A DNA stretch of 64,000 bases from Myxococcota bacterium (GCA_052034865.1 JBPOIC010000018.1:23394-87393); one strand, 5' to 3'; shown: positions 9,950-20,142, numbered from the stretch's first letter. The notes: generated by a model not told the origin, from the letters alone. Translations and numbers: made by a program.

Positions 9950-11357
9950 ATTTATGGATCCGTTCTCCTTTCTGTTTTCTACTTTCTCAAATTATCGCCT
10001 TCCATTTTTAATCCTCTGTTTATTTTTTCTCTCCTTTACCTTTTCTCCGGTCTTCGCAGGCTCCTCAACCTATGTAGAGAAGGATGAGACCGATTACAAT
10101 GGAGATGGAAAGCCGGATCGGATTCAAATTACCGAATATGATCAGTACAATAATCAGATTTCCTATTCATTAGACAGTAATGGGGATGGCAAACCAGAGT
10201 ATGAAGAAAAGAGTGCTTACGTTTACGATGCACAGGGGCGAGCTGTCTCGATTGCCTCCCAATACCAGTCGCAGTATGAACATGAAAAGATAGTGATATC
10301 GATGGAGTACGATCAGAATGGAAATCTGAAGACCGAGTTCGAGGATAACAATGGAGATGGAAAGAACGATTCCAGATGGGACCATACAGTTTGGGATCAA
10401 GGAGAAAAAAGTACTTTTTCAAGAGATCTGGAAGGGGATGGGAATTTTACGATTGTCCGTGAATCGGTAAGCGATGCCGAGGGAAACCCCATCTCGGAGC
10501 ACAGCGATTACAACCATGATGGAAAATGGGATCAAACCCTGAACTATTCCTACGATGATCGTGGAAATCTTGTGCAGTATTCTTCAGAGGAAGCGTTGGG
10601 GGATGGAACAAAAACATCTTCAGTGACCGAATACATTCATGATGATGCAGGGCATGTGTTGCAGGAAAATGTTTATGAAAATGGATCGGAAAAACCGTCC
10701 ATGGTTGTCAAAAGTCGTTATGACGAAGCGGGACGGTTGCTTGAAACGCTTCATGATCGGGAAGGGGATGGGACTCCCGATCGAAGTTTTGTTCTCAGTC
10801 GGAATGAGCAGGGAAATGTGGTTCTTGCTGTAAACAAAAGTGACAAGGGTGATGTGATTTTTCAGGAAGAAAAAGTTTACGACCCCACCGGAAAGATTCT
10901 CATCCAGTCGAAGCAATCATCAAATTTCAATCAGGAAGGAAAATTCTCTGAAACCATTACCAGTTTTTATAATGAACAAGGGTGGGTGATCCGTGAGATC
11001 ACACACTTTGAGGGTGGCAATCAACCGGATGAAATCACGACTTATGAATACGATGAGCACGGAAGGCTTTTGTCGTTTACCACCGACAGGAATGGAGATG
11101 GAAAACCGGACGTGATTTCAAAATCTAGTTACAAAGGGACAGCGCCTTCGTCGTTAGAAACTTCAAGTCTCAAACATCCTTCGGAAAGAATCGGAAAATC
11201 AACCAGCGAAGCCTCTCCTTCCAATCAAGCAGAATCCAAGTCGAAAGATTCACTCTACGGTCATCCTGTTCGGCCACAATACAAAAAATGGATGTTCCTA
11301 TTTATTCCAGTATTTTTAGGAGTGAGCCTGTTCTGGGTAAGACAAAAAAAGAAATAG
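9942..11357 (+). CDS. YD-repeat (RHS-like) protein with signal peptide and C-terminal TM anchor
   Basis: 471 aa. Repeated YDxxGR/YDxxGN units (YDAQGRAV, YDQNGNL, YDDRGNL, YDEAGRL, YDPTGKI, YDEHGRL) interleaved with NGDGKPD loops. Hydrophobic N-terminus, C-terminal MFLFIPVFLGVSLFWVRQKKK. Confidence 0.6.
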   Translation: MDKFMDPFSFLFSTFSNYRLPFLILCLFFLSFTFSPVFAGSSTYVEKDETDYNGDGKPDRIQITEYDQYNNQISYSLDSNGDGKPEYEEKSAYVYDAQGRAVSIASQYQSQYEHEKIVISMEYDQNGNLKTEFEDNNGDGKNDSRWDHTVWDQGEKSTFSRDLEGDGNFTIVRESVSDAEGNPISEHSDYNHDGKWDQTLNYSYDDRGNLVQYSSEEALGDGTKTSSVTEYIHDDAGHVLQENVYENGSEKPSMVVKSRYDEAGRLLETLHDREGDGTPDRSFVLSRNEQGNVVLAVNKSDKGDVIFQEEKVYDPTGKILIQSKQSSNFNQEGKFSETITSFYNEQGWVIREITHFEGGNQPDEITTYEYDEHGRLLSFTTDRNGDGKPDVISKSSYKGTAPSSLETSSLKHPSERIGKSTSEASPSNQAESKSKDSLYGHPVRPQYKKWMFLFIPVFLGVSLFWVRQKKK

Positions 11358-11395
11358 CGATTTGATTTTTCTTCTGATTTCCAAAATCTGTTTTC

Positions 11396-12733
11396 TTATT
11401 TCCCCAAAACTTTCTGAGCGATTTTCTTTCCGATCTCAACCCCGGGTTGATCGAAGGGATTGATGTTATAAAGCCCACCAGCCAGAACGGTCGTGATTTC
11501 GAGCAAAAATAAAAGCTGCCCCATCCCATATGCGTTCAGATGAGGAATCAGAAGCGTTGCTGAAGCTCGGCCGGCATCCTTCAGGGCCTGAGCGGTTGCT
11601 TCTGCCTCGGTTTGCAAAATGTACTCAACGCTTTTGGAACCAAGATAAGAAAGTGCGAGAGAAAGTTTTTGAGCTTCCGGAAGAAAAAGCGGTTTCTGAA
11701 AATTTTCTATCCTTAAAAAAAGGATGAATTTATCAGCGGGTCCTTCCATGTAGAGCTGAAGCTGGGAGTGCTGATCGCGTGGGCCGCACGCGATGACCGG
11801 TGTAGAGCCTGTGTGAGCCAATTCCCCAGCAAGAGAAATACGTTTTCCAACACTTTCGGCCCATAGCTGGGCATACCAGGCCGCGGTGGGCTCCAGAAAA
11901 TCAGAATAAGGCATCAGGACAAGAATGTTTTTTCTCTGCTGATCCATTAAGTATTGAAGGGCCGCAAGTGTAAAAGCTGGATTGAGCCAGAGATCTTCGA
12001 CAGCACACAGGGTGTCCATCCGTCTGGCTCCAGAAAGAAGCTCTTCGATTTTGATGCCGATCATGGCCGCAGGAAAAAGTCCGACTGCAGATAAAACGGA
12101 AAAGCGTCCTCCAACCCCGGGCGGAATTGTCAGAGACTGAAAACCTTCTTCTTTTACCCGCTTTCTTAAAAAACCGTATTCAGGATCAGTGGTGATGACG
12201 ACATGTTTTTTCCAACCCGCTCCCAGCGCCGCCTTCAGTTTTTCTTCAATAAGGATGAATTGGACATTGGCTTCCAGGGTTTCGCCCGATTTGCTGATGA
12301 CATTAAAGAGAGTTGTTTTGAAATCGATGAGATCAAAGAGGCTGGTTAGAAAGTCAGGATCAAGACTATCGCAAATAAAAAGGCGGGGAAGCTGATTTCT
12401 TTGAGAAGGAGATAAAAGATTATACAGTGGCCCTTTGAGCGCTGTTTGCAAGGCTTTGGCTCCCAAAGCCGATCCGCCTATTCCTAACACGACAACAGTA
12501 TCAAAGTTCTGCTGCAGGTTTTGGCTGAACTCTAAAATCTTTTGAGCTTCCTCTTCCTGATAGGGGAGGTTCAAAAAAGGAAGCTGTCCCATTTCCTTCA
12601 TGGCTTGCATTCCACGATGAGTTTTGATGAGACTTTCCTGAAGGGTCTCGATTTTGTGGCTTGCTTTTTTTTCGTCTTCCGCCTTTGAAGGAAAGGCGCG
12701 TCGATAATCCAGTCGAATGTCGGCGTGAGACAT
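11396..12733 (-). CDS. pgi: glucose-6-phosphate isomerase (short bacterial form)
   Basis: 445 aa. PGI signature ISKSGETLE and sugar-isomerase domain order. Confidence 0.85.
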   Translation of the reverse strand: MSHADIRLDYRRAFPSKAEDEKKASHKIETLQESLIKTHRGMQAMKEMGQLPFLNLPYQEEEAQKILEFSQNLQQNFDTVVVLGIGGSALGAKALQTALKGPLYNLLSPSQRNQLPRLFICDSLDPDFLTSLFDLIDFKTTLFNVISKSGETLEANVQFILIEEKLKAALGAGWKKHVVITTDPEYGFLRKRVKEEGFQSLTIPPGVGGRFSVLSAVGLFPAAMIGIKIEELLSGARRMDTLCAVEDLWLNPAFTLAALQYLMDQQRKNILVLMPYSDFLEPTAAWYAQLWAESVGKRISLAGELAHTGSTPVIACGPRDQHSQLQLYMEGPADKFILFLRIENFQKPLFLPEAQKLSLALSYLGSKSVEYILQTEAEATAQALKDAGRASATLLIPHLNAYGMGQLLFLLEITTVLAGGLYNINPFDQPGVEIGKKIAQKVLGK

Positions 12734-12799
12734 GAATGTTCCTTTCGCGAAGACACCTTTGACGATCTGCGGGTTGATAAAACCTAGGGTACAAATTCA

Positions 12800-13381
12800 A
12801 TGAAACGGATGAAGGCTCCTCGTAAATCCCTTATCTCTTTTAAGTTTGGGTTCAAAATAGTTTTTTTTACATTTATTTTGCAACTTGCCTTAGGTGAAAT
12901 TTCGGGAACTTTTGCCTGGAATGAAGAGGTGAGTCTGAAACCTGTTTCTACACGTCGAACAGTGTGTGTTTTAAAAACAATCGAGAAGAATAAAGGTGAT
13001 CTCCTGCGCATCCGATCAATTCCCCCAGAGGAGTCTTGCCAGGTTTCCGAAGATCGCTATCGCTGGATGCAGGCTAAAGATCCGCCTGCGGCCTGGCTTT
13101 TGGCGCCTGTTCCTGGACCCCATCTCCGATCAGGAAGATTTAGGTCCTCAAATTCTTCATTTCCAGGAGATCTTTGGCATTTCAGTTGTGTCAGCAAAAG
13201 CGTTCAATCCGTGTTGGGACTGGAAATTCCACAGAGCCATTTTCATGCAGAAATGACTTCGTCTGTCGAAAAACAGGATTGCGAAACCGCCCGCGCCCGC
13301 GCCCTTAAAATTTGCATCCACGAATTTCGGGGAAATGATCTTGAGGAGTCCTGTCTGGATTATCCTTCTCCATCCCTATGA
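12800..13381 (+). CDS. hypothetical protein (possible signal peptide)
   Basis: 193 aa ORF. Another frame also carries an ORF here, so the call is uncertain. Confidence 0.3.
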   Translation: MKRMKAPRKSLISFKFGFKIVFFTFILQLALGEISGTFAWNEEVSLKPVSTRRTVCVLKTIEKNKGDLLRIRSIPPEESCQVSEDRYRWMQAKDPPAAWLLAPVPGPHLRSGRFRSSNSSFPGDLWHFSCVSKSVQSVLGLEIPQSHFHAEMTSSVEKQDCETARARALKICIHEFRGNDLEESCLDYPSPSL

Positions 13382-13704
13382 AATTTAAGATCTGCTTCCA
13401 AAAACGATTATCTATGAAGCATTCAGCGAAAATCATTTACACCCTGCTACTCCTTTTTTCTTTTGCAAATTTTTCATTCCACACCCAAGCGGCCGGCGAG
13501 AATGTTTGTGTCGAGAATTTCAATCCGGATTTTTCTGCTTTTCAATTCAAGGTTCGTTCGATCTCAGAAAGATGTTCAGGAGGGGAAAAAGAAATGAAGA
13601 TGCAGCGGGGGCCGGCAGGAACCCTTCTTTTCCTTCCTGCCAAAAATGCCGAGAGCGCTCCGGATTCTAAAAAATCAGAATCACTTTCCACCCCATCTAT
13701 TTAA
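13378..13704 (+). CDS. hypothetical secreted protein
   Basis: 108 aa with an N-terminal signal-like segment IIYTLLLLFSFANFSFHTQAAGE. Confidence 0.35.
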   Translation: MKFKICFQKRLSMKHSAKIIYTLLLLFSFANFSFHTQAAGENVCVENFNPDFSAFQFKVRSISERCSGGEKEMKMQRGPAGTLLFLPAKNAESAPDSKKSESLSTPSI

Positions 13705-13780
13705 TGACCAGAAGCAGTTGACACACATGCTCGGAGTGAACAAAGAAAGATTCCCTCACCCCCAATCAAAAGGAGATTTT

Positions 13781-14929
13781 ATGACGGAAGCCCTCATTAT
13801 TGATGCCGTTCGGACGCCGCGTGGAAAAAGGAATGGATCTCTTTCCCTTCTGCACCCGATTGATCTTGCCACTGTGCCACTAGAAGCTCTCGTTCAGCGG
13901 AACAAATTTGATCCAGCCGAAGTGAGTGATGTGATTTATGGTTGTGTGTCACAACGGGGAGAGCAAGACAATGTGATCGCCCGCGAAGCGGTACTGGCTG
14001 CGGGCTGGCCTCTGGAGGTCGCCGGTGTAACGGTGAATCGGTTTTGTGGCTCTGGCCTTACCGCTGTGAACATGGCTGCTCATGCGATTCAATCCGGTCA
14101 AGAGGAGCTGATGGTCGGCGGAGGGGTCGAGCACATGACACGGGTTCCCATGAGCATCGATTTTAATACCAGTGGTACAAAGCTGGCCGATCGTTATCCT
14201 CAACTTGTCTCTCAGGGAATCTCTGCGGAGATGATTGCCGAAAAATATGGTTATTCCCGCAAAACCCTTGATGAATTTGCCGTTCGCTCGCAGATGCTCG
14301 CTGCTGCGGCCTGGGATGCTGGGCGATTTCAGAAAAGTATCGTGCCTGTAAAAGCCAAAAATCAGGAAGATCAGGAATTTCTATTTTCAAAGGATGAACA
14401 TTTTCGTCCTACCACAACCGTGGAGAGTCTTGCGAATCTCAAGACTTCCTTTAAACCAGACGGTGTCATCCATGCTGGAAATTCCAGTGGTATTGTCGAT
14501 GGATCGGCGGCCGTCCTCCTTGCATCGGCCCAAAAGGCAAAGCAGCTAGGCCTCAAGCCACGTGCGAGAATTCTCTCAACTGCTGTGGTAGGGAGCGATC
14601 CTATCATCATGCTTCTAGGTCCCATCCCTACGGTTCAAAAAGCCCTGCAAAAAGCGAATCTGAAAGTCGAAGACATTGATCTGTGGGAAATCAACGAGGC
14701 CTTTGCGCCAGTTCCTTTAGCTGTGGCTCAGGATCTTAAAATCAACCTGGATCGGGTGAATGTGAATGGTGGCGCGATTGCTCTGGGGCATCCTTTGGGT
14801 GCTACGGGAGCTATTTTGCTGAGCACGCTGCTGGATGAGATGGAGCGTCAGGACAAGCGCTATGGCTGTGTAACCTTATGTATTGGTTACGGAATGGGGG
14901 TAGCGACAATTATTGATCGGAAGTTGTGA
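13781..14929 (+). CDS. acetyl-CoA C-acetyltransferase (thiolase II)
   Basis: Start moved to the ATG at 13781, preceded by aaaaggag, giving [21 protein letters not shown], the canonical thiolase N-terminus. C-terminal active-site region [17 protein letters not shown]. Confidence 0.9.
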   Translation: MTEALIIDAVRTPRGKRNGSLSLLHPIDLATVPLEALVQRNKFDPAEVSDVIYGCVSQRGEQDNVIAREAVLAAGWPLEVAGVTVNRFCGSGLTAVNMAAHAIQSGQEELMVGGGVEHMTRVPMSIDFNTSGTKLADRYPQLVSQGISAEMIAEKYGYSRKTLDEFAVRSQMLAAAAWDAGRFQKSIVPVKAKNQEDQEFLFSKDEHFRPTTTVESLANLKTSFKPDGVIHAGNSSGIVDGSAAVLLASAQKAKQLGLKPRARILSTAVVGSDPIIMLLGPIPTVQKALQKANLKVEDIDLWEINEAFAPVPLAVAQDLKINLDRVNVNGGAIALGHPLGATGAILLSTLLDEMERQDKRYGCVTLCIGYGMGVATIIDRKL

Positions 14930-14990
14930 ACGCAAAATCCGCTGAGTACTTTTTAATAAAGTGAGAGTGGGTGGTTCAAAAACGTTTTTA

Positions 14991-15659
14991 CTAAGCAAAT
15001 AAGATTTTTTCTTTCTCTACCCATTCTCCCTTTTCATAAAACACAATTTCGACATTTTTTTTGATTTCTTCCTGAACTTTTCGAAGATCTATTTCCTGTT
15101 TTAATTCCATTTCCATCGAGCTCACCCGCCTGTCGCGAATTCCACAAGCAATGATGTGTCGGTAATGATTCAGGTTGGGATTCACATTGAGTGCGAACCC
15201 ATGCATCGATACCCCACGGTCAAAGTGTAAGCCTATCGCCGCTATTTTTTTGTCGGCGATCCATACCCCTGGGTGGTTCAGATCCCGGTGCGAGCTCAGG
15301 CCAAAGGTCTTCAGGGTTCGAATGAGGATTTCCTCTACACGATGGACAAATTCCGGAATGCTTAATTTCAACTCCCGGATATCGGCAATAAAATAACCAA
15401 CGATCTGACCAGGCCCGTGATACGTCACACGTCCTCCCCGATTGGTGGCAATCACCTCAATTCCCTCCCGTTTAATTTCATCAGGCAGGCTCAAAAAATC
15501 TTCCCGACAATCTCGACGCCCAAGAGTAAAAACCGGGGGATGAGAGGTAAGCAGAAGAAGGTTTGGAATTTGATTTTCCAGTCTTTTCTCCCTGAGCGAA
15601 CGCTGGAGATTAAAGGATTCTAAAAAAGGAATTTGTTCAAGATCTGAAACCCAAAACAT
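14991..15659 (-). CDS. lipB: octanoyltransferase LipB
   Basis: 222 aa. Motif NRGGRVTYHGPGQIVGY is diagnostic of LipB. Confidence 0.9.
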   Translation of the reverse strand: MFWVSDLEQIPFLESFNLQRSLREKRLENQIPNLLLLTSHPPVFTLGRRDCREDFLSLPDEIKREGIEVIATNRGGRVTYHGPGQIVGYFIADIRELKLSIPEFVHRVEEILIRTLKTFGLSSHRDLNHPGVWIADKKIAAIGLHFDRGVSMHGFALNVNPNLNHYRHIIACGIRDRRVSSMEMELKQEIDLRKVQEEIKKNVEIVFYEKGEWVEKEKILFA

Positions 15660-15991
15660 GCCAATGCCTTTTGTCTTCGAGGTTAAACCGTAAGGTTATA
15701 AAGGTTCGCCGTTTTTTTAAGAGTGAAGATTTCTGCAGAAAAACCTGATCGATCCAGGCTGAAAAAATTTCCTGCCTTTGCTAAAACTTGCCACCTTTTG
15801 TTAGTAAAAGTAGGAAATCTTTTCCTCTTTATTTTCCCCCAAGTTTTTCCTCTCTCATTTCTGAATATTCAAAAACAAATCATTTCAAAGGGTTGAAGAA
15901 ATCCTCAGTAGATATTTTTTTGGCTCAATTTTTGAATGCTGAAGAGGACTCTTTTCATTCATTAAAAAAATAAAATCTAAAGGAGGTTCTC

Positions 15992-16237
15992 TTGAGAAAA
16001 ATATTTCTTCTCCTGTTTCTTCCCCTTGTTTTGCTCGGCTGTAATGATTCAACCTCGAGCACCCAAGGGCCATCGGCTCAAACATTTACCTCTCAGCTGC
16101 CAGGCCAGGCGACTGAGATGACTTCCGCCAATCATCGTCTTTTTCTCATGAACTCCCCTGTCAGTTTTCAGGGAACCTTAACCGGTGATCATCATAAAAT
16201 TCTGGATCCCCTGATTAAGTCTCACCAACCCAACTAA
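15992..16237 (+). CDS. small lipoprotein (TTG start)
   Basis: RBS aggagg 6 nt upstream of TTG. Lipobox LVLLGC after a hydrophobic signal. Confidence 0.5.
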   Translation: MRKIFLLLFLPLVLLGCNDSTSSTQGPSAQTFTSQLPGQATEMTSANHRLFLMNSPVSFQGTLTGDHHKILDPLIKSHQPN

Positions 16238-16292
16238 CCTTATCTTTTTTTTGAAATCAAATTGAACCTCTTTTTGCGAAAGCGAGGAAAAC

Positions 16293-19091
16293 ATGCGCAA
16301 TAAAATCCTAATGACGAGTTTTCTATCTCTCGTCAGTTTTTTATCAATTCAGTCAACGCCTGCCATGGCCGCCCGAACAGAATTTCCCGTTCAAGGTGTT
16401 CTGACAGATGAAAATGGAACAGCCCTTTCTGGAGATCACACGATCACCCTCAATCTTTATTCAAGCTGTGAAGATGCTTCCGTCTTACTCACAGCGGATC
16501 AATCCGTCACGACCGATTCGGATGGCTTTTTCAAAACGTCCCTCGATTTAAGTACGGCTACCGATGAACAAGTCACTGCGATGAATCAAAGTGAAACCCT
16601 CTGTCTGGGAGTTGCGGTGGATGGAGATACTGAGCTGACACCTCGCATGGAATACAGCACGGTACCCTATGCCCGTGTTGCTCAAGTCGCCGATTTGGCG
16701 GATGTGGCAACCGTTGCCATGTCGATCGATTCCAGTGCCCTTTCCGGAATTTTGGGGAGCGGACTTGCCGCTTCTGGAAGCACGATTACCCTCGATACCA
16801 CTTCCAGCAATACCTGGTCTGGATCACAAAGCTACTCTGGTCAGGTCGTTTTATCGAAAGCCCCTAGTGATACAACTTCTGCTAATGCGAGTCTTTTGGT
16901 GAATCCGACTCTTACCGATGCCAATGCCAAGCTTTTTGCTCTGCAAAATTCCGGAACCGATAAATTTTCTGTAAATGGGAATGGAGATGTCACCATCGCC
17001 GGAGATTTAAGTGTGACTGGATCGATGACCTTGCCGAGCGACTCTGTTGTTACTGCCAATATCGTGGATGGAACCATTGCCGCAGCAGATTTGGCGAGTG
17101 ATTCCGTGACTACAGCTAAAATTCTGGACGGAACAATTGCTACTGCTGATATCGCTGCTGATGCAGTGACCTCTGCGAAAATTGCCGCAGATACAATTAC
17201 TGCTGGCGATCTTTCTGCAACCCTTACTTTTGCAGATGCAGATCTAATAAACTTTTCAGCCATCAACTCCTCTGGAACTGGCGAAGGTCTCATTCTTCCT
17301 CAAGGCGCTAACGTGAGCGCTGCAACGGCGGAAGGTCAGATTTCCTGGGATTCTGATGATGATACCCTTTATGTCGGAACGGGCTCTTCGGTTGTGAACA
17401 TTGGAAATCCTTTCGGAGCTGATATCGGAACAAGCGAAATAACGGATGGAACGATTGCTACCGCCGATCTTGCGAACAATGCCGTTACATCAGCGAAAAT
17501 TCTGGATGGTGAGATCGTCAACGCAGATATCAGTGGCTCTGCAGCGATTGCTTACAGCAAACTCAACCTGTCCGGAAGTATTGTGACTGGAGATATTACG
17601 GATGGCACGATTGCGGCCGCTGATCTAGCTTCAGGCGCCGTTACTTCAGCGAAGATTTTGGATGGTGAAATCGTCAATGGAGATATCAGTGCCTCCGCTG
17701 CGATCGCTTATAGCAAATTGAACCTTTCCAGCAGTATTGTGACCGGAGATATTACGGACGGGACAATAGCTAACGCAGATATCAGTGGCTCTGCAGCGAT
17801 TGCTTACAGCAAACTCAACCTGTCCGGAAGCATTTTGACTGGAGATATTACGGATGGGACGATTGCGACGGGTGACATAGCAGCCAATACCATTACAACA
17901 TCAAACCTCGCTGCAGCACTTACCTTTGCAGATGGGGATTTGATTAACCTGGCGGCTGTCAATGCTTCAGGAACATCGGAAGGTTTGATTCTTCCTCAAG
18001 CCGCGAACGTCAGTGCTGGGACGGCGGAAGGACAGATTTCGTGGGATAGCGATAACGATAGACTCTATGTCGGCGATGGGGCTTCGGTGGTCGAAGTAAG
18101 CAATCCTTTCGGATCGGCCGTCGATACGGCTGATATTACCGATGGAACGATCACCGGTGATGACATCAATTCAAATATTGCCGGAGATGGTTTGGTTTTA
18201 ACCTCTGCTTCTCCTGATACGCTTGATATTGGAGCCGGAACAGGAATTACAGTTTCTGCCAACGCGGTTGCCGTAGATCAATCCACGGCCTTCACGTGGA
18301 CGGGTCAGCAATCCTGGACTTCAACCGTCACTGCAACGGGGGCGATTCAGCAGGTGAATCTGACCTTGGGTGGCGATGCCGATGTCGATACCGTCGCTGG
18401 TCTTCAGGTGGCAGTAACCTCAGCCAACACAGGTGATGCGGATGTCGTTTACGGTGTGAATATCGATGACGTTACCTCTGCAGATGGAACTGTTCATGAG
18501 TACGCGATTGGGATCGGTGCGAACTGGGATGAGGTGTTTGATGTGAATGGGACCCTGATTTCATCCGCTGAACTGACATTGCTGGATGGTGGCGTTACGT
18601 TGGGTGAACTCACCAATTCAGGAACCCTCACCGCCACTACCGTTGATATCAATGGTGGTGCAATCGATGGAACCACTCTCGGTGCTTCAACCCCAGCTTC
18701 TGTGAAAGCGACAACATTGGAAACAACGGGTCAGACAAAGTTGGGTGGAAATGTTGTTTTTCAGACGACTGTGAATACCCTGGTGGATGCCGATACATTT
18801 ACTGTGGCTAAAATGTTAGGAAAGATCGTGACTTCAGATACGAGTGGAGCCGCAGTTGGAGTTACAACTGACACTGCAGCAAATATCGTGGCAGCAGTTA
18901 CCGGAGCTGCTGTTGGAGACACCCTTGAAATTATGGTGGTGGTTGAGGGAGGAAATGATCTAACCATCTCAGCAGGGTCGGATGTGACATTGGTGGGAGA
19001 TGCTTCCATCAACGCTAATACTTCACGTATTATTCGCTGCCGCATGACGAACGTTGGTGGTGGAACTGAAGCTGTCACCTGTTATCTGTAA
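16293..19091 (+). CDS. large secreted repeat-containing surface protein
   Basis: 932 aa, signal peptide (MRNKILMTSFLSLVSFLSIQSTPAMA). Thr/Ser/Gly/Asp-rich. Internal 52-56 aa repeats ITDGTIA.ADLA..AVTSAKILDGEIVN.DIS.SAAIAYSKLNLSGSIVTGD and a duplicated module ~120 aa long ...LTFADxDLIN..A.N.SGT.EGLILPQ.ANVSA.TAEGQISWDSD.D.LYVG.G.SVV...NPFG. Confidence 0.65.
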   Translation: MRNKILMTSFLSLVSFLSIQSTPAMAARTEFPVQGVLTDENGTALSGDHTITLNLYSSCEDASVLLTADQSVTTDSDGFFKTSLDLSTATDEQVTAMNQSETLCLGVAVDGDTELTPRMEYSTVPYARVAQVADLADVATVAMSIDSSALSGILGSGLAASGSTITLDTTSSNTWSGSQSYSGQVVLSKAPSDTTSANASLLVNPTLTDANAKLFALQNSGTDKFSVNGNGDVTIAGDLSVTGSMTLPSDSVVTANIVDGTIAAADLASDSVTTAKILDGTIATADIAADAVTSAKIAADTITAGDLSATLTFADADLINFSAINSSGTGEGLILPQGANVSAATAEGQISWDSDDDTLYVGTGSSVVNIGNPFGADIGTSEITDGTIATADLANNAVTSAKILDGEIVNADISGSAAIAYSKLNLSGSIVTGDITDGTIAAADLASGAVTSAKILDGEIVNGDISASAAIAYSKLNLSSSIVTGDITDGTIANADISGSAAIAYSKLNLSGSILTGDITDGTIATGDIAANTITTSNLAAALTFADGDLINLAAVNASGTSEGLILPQAANVSAGTAEGQISWDSDNDRLYVGDGASVVEVSNPFGSAVDTADITDGTITGDDINSNIAGDGLVLTSASPDTLDIGAGTGITVSANAVAVDQSTAFTWTGQQSWTSTVTATGAIQQVNLTLGGDADVDTVAGLQVAVTSANTGDADVVYGVNIDDVTSADGTVHEYAIGIGANWDEVFDVNGTLISSAELTLLDGGVTLGELTNSGTLTATTVDINGGAIDGTTLGASTPASVKATTLETTGQTKLGGNVVFQTTVNTLVDADTFTVAKMLGKIVTSDTSGAAVGVTTDTAANIVAAVTGAAVGDTLEIMVVVEGGNDLTISAGSDVTLVGDASINANTSRIIRCRMTNVGGGTEAVTCYL
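17040..18110 (+). repeat. intragenic tandem DNA repeats (about 168-bp units plus a larger duplicated module) inside the 16293-19091 gene
   Basis: The stretch 17523-17578 is repeated essentially identically at 17775-17830. The motif ggagatattacggatgg(c/g)acgattgc recurs near 17590, 17750 and 17842. Confidence 0.7.
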
Positions 19092-19117
19092 TAAAGAATA
19101 TCAGAGCAGACTTAAAG

Positions 19118-19148
19118 GGCGGTGGAGAAATCCACTGCCCTTTTTTTG
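19118..19148. terminator. bidirectional rho-independent terminator between the repeat-protein gene and dhs
   Basis: gggcggtgga-gaaa-tccactgccc (10-bp stem with one G.U) followed by ttttttt, and preceded by A-rich sequence on the other strand. Confidence 0.8.
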
Positions 19149-19164
19149 TCCTTTTTTTCATTTT

Positions 19165-20142
19165 TTACCACCCCATCACATACGCAAACACAAGGGGAGC
19201 AACAATCGAGGCATCGGACTCAATAATGAATTTGGGGGTATCGATCCCGAGTTTACCCCAGGTGATTTTTTCGTTGGGAACGGCGCCAGAATAAGAGCCG
19301 TAGCTCGTGGTCGAATCGCTGATCTGGCAGAAATAGCCCCACAGTGGGACATTGTCGCGCTGGAGATCCTGATGCAGCATAGGAACAACACAGATCGGGA
19401 AATCACCGGCAATTCCTCCGCCAATCTGGAAAAAGCCGATCGGATTTTTCATAGCAGTGTTCGTGTACCACTCGGCGAGCTCCATCATGTATTCAATCCC
19501 TGTACGCACGGTATGCACGTTTTTCACATCTTGGCTGATGCAATGTCCGGCATACATGTTTCCGAGGGTGGCATCTTCCCAGCCTGGCACAAAAATCGGA
19601 AGATTCTTTTCGGCCGCGGCCACCATCCAGCTATTTTTTGGGTCAATCTGATAAGAGCCTTTCAGTTTTCCACTTTTTAAAATTTTATACATGAACTCGT
19701 GGGGAAAATACCGTTCACCTTTTTTGTCGGCTTCAACCCATTCTTCTAGCACGGCGGATTCAATCCGGCGCATAGCCTCATGTTCTGGAATGCAGGTGTC
19801 TGTTACGCGGTTCATGTGACGATCGAGGAGGGCTTTTTCATCGGCGGGGGTTAAGTCACGATAGTTGGGAACTCGGGCATAATGATCGTGGGCGACAAGA
19901 TTGAAAATATCTTCTTCTAAATTGGCACCGGTGCAGGTGATGGCGTGGACCTTATCCTGACGAATCATTTCAGCCAGCGAGAGCCCCAACTCGGCCGTGC
20001 TCATTGCACCAGCGAGTGTGAGAAACATTTTTCCACCCTGATTCAGGTGAGTTTTATAGCCCTCGGCGGCATCGACTAAGGCAGCAGCGTTGAAATGACG
20101 GTAGTGGTATCTGATAAAATCGGAAATGGGTGATGTTTTCAT
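19165..20142 (-). CDS. deoxyhypusine synthase-like protein
   Basis: Start placed at the internal ATG 20142 (RBS aggat upstream), giving MKTSPISDFIRYHY... (326 aa). Strong similarity to DHS (NAD-binding ...GGIAGDFPICVVPML..., ...TLAGAMSTAELG...). Confidence 0.85.
   Translation of the reverse strand: MKTSPISDFIRYHYRHFNAAALVDAAEGYKTHLNQGGKMFLTLAGAMSTAELGLSLAEMIRQDKVHAITCTGANLEEDIFNLVAHDHYARVPNYRDLTPADEKALLDRHMNRVTDTCIPEHEAMRRIESAVLEEWVEADKKGERYFPHEFMYKILKSGKLKGSYQIDPKNSWMVAAAEKNLPIFVPGWEDATLGNMYAGHCISQDVKNVHTVRTGIEYMMELAEWYTNTAMKNPIGFFQIGGGIAGDFPICVVPMLHQDLQRDNVPLWGYFCQISDSTTSYGSYSGAVPNEKITWGKLGIDTPKFIIESDASIVAPLVFAYVMGW

Noticed and set aside
10129-10422. Minus-strand ORFs overlapping the YD-repeat gene
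   Set aside because: Embedded in a well-supported plus-strand CDS, with no RBS or domain.
16841-17293. 150-aa antisense ORF inside the large repeat gene
   Set aside because: It lies entirely within the sense-strand repeat region. Low-complexity repeat DNA commonly yields spurious antisense ORFs.
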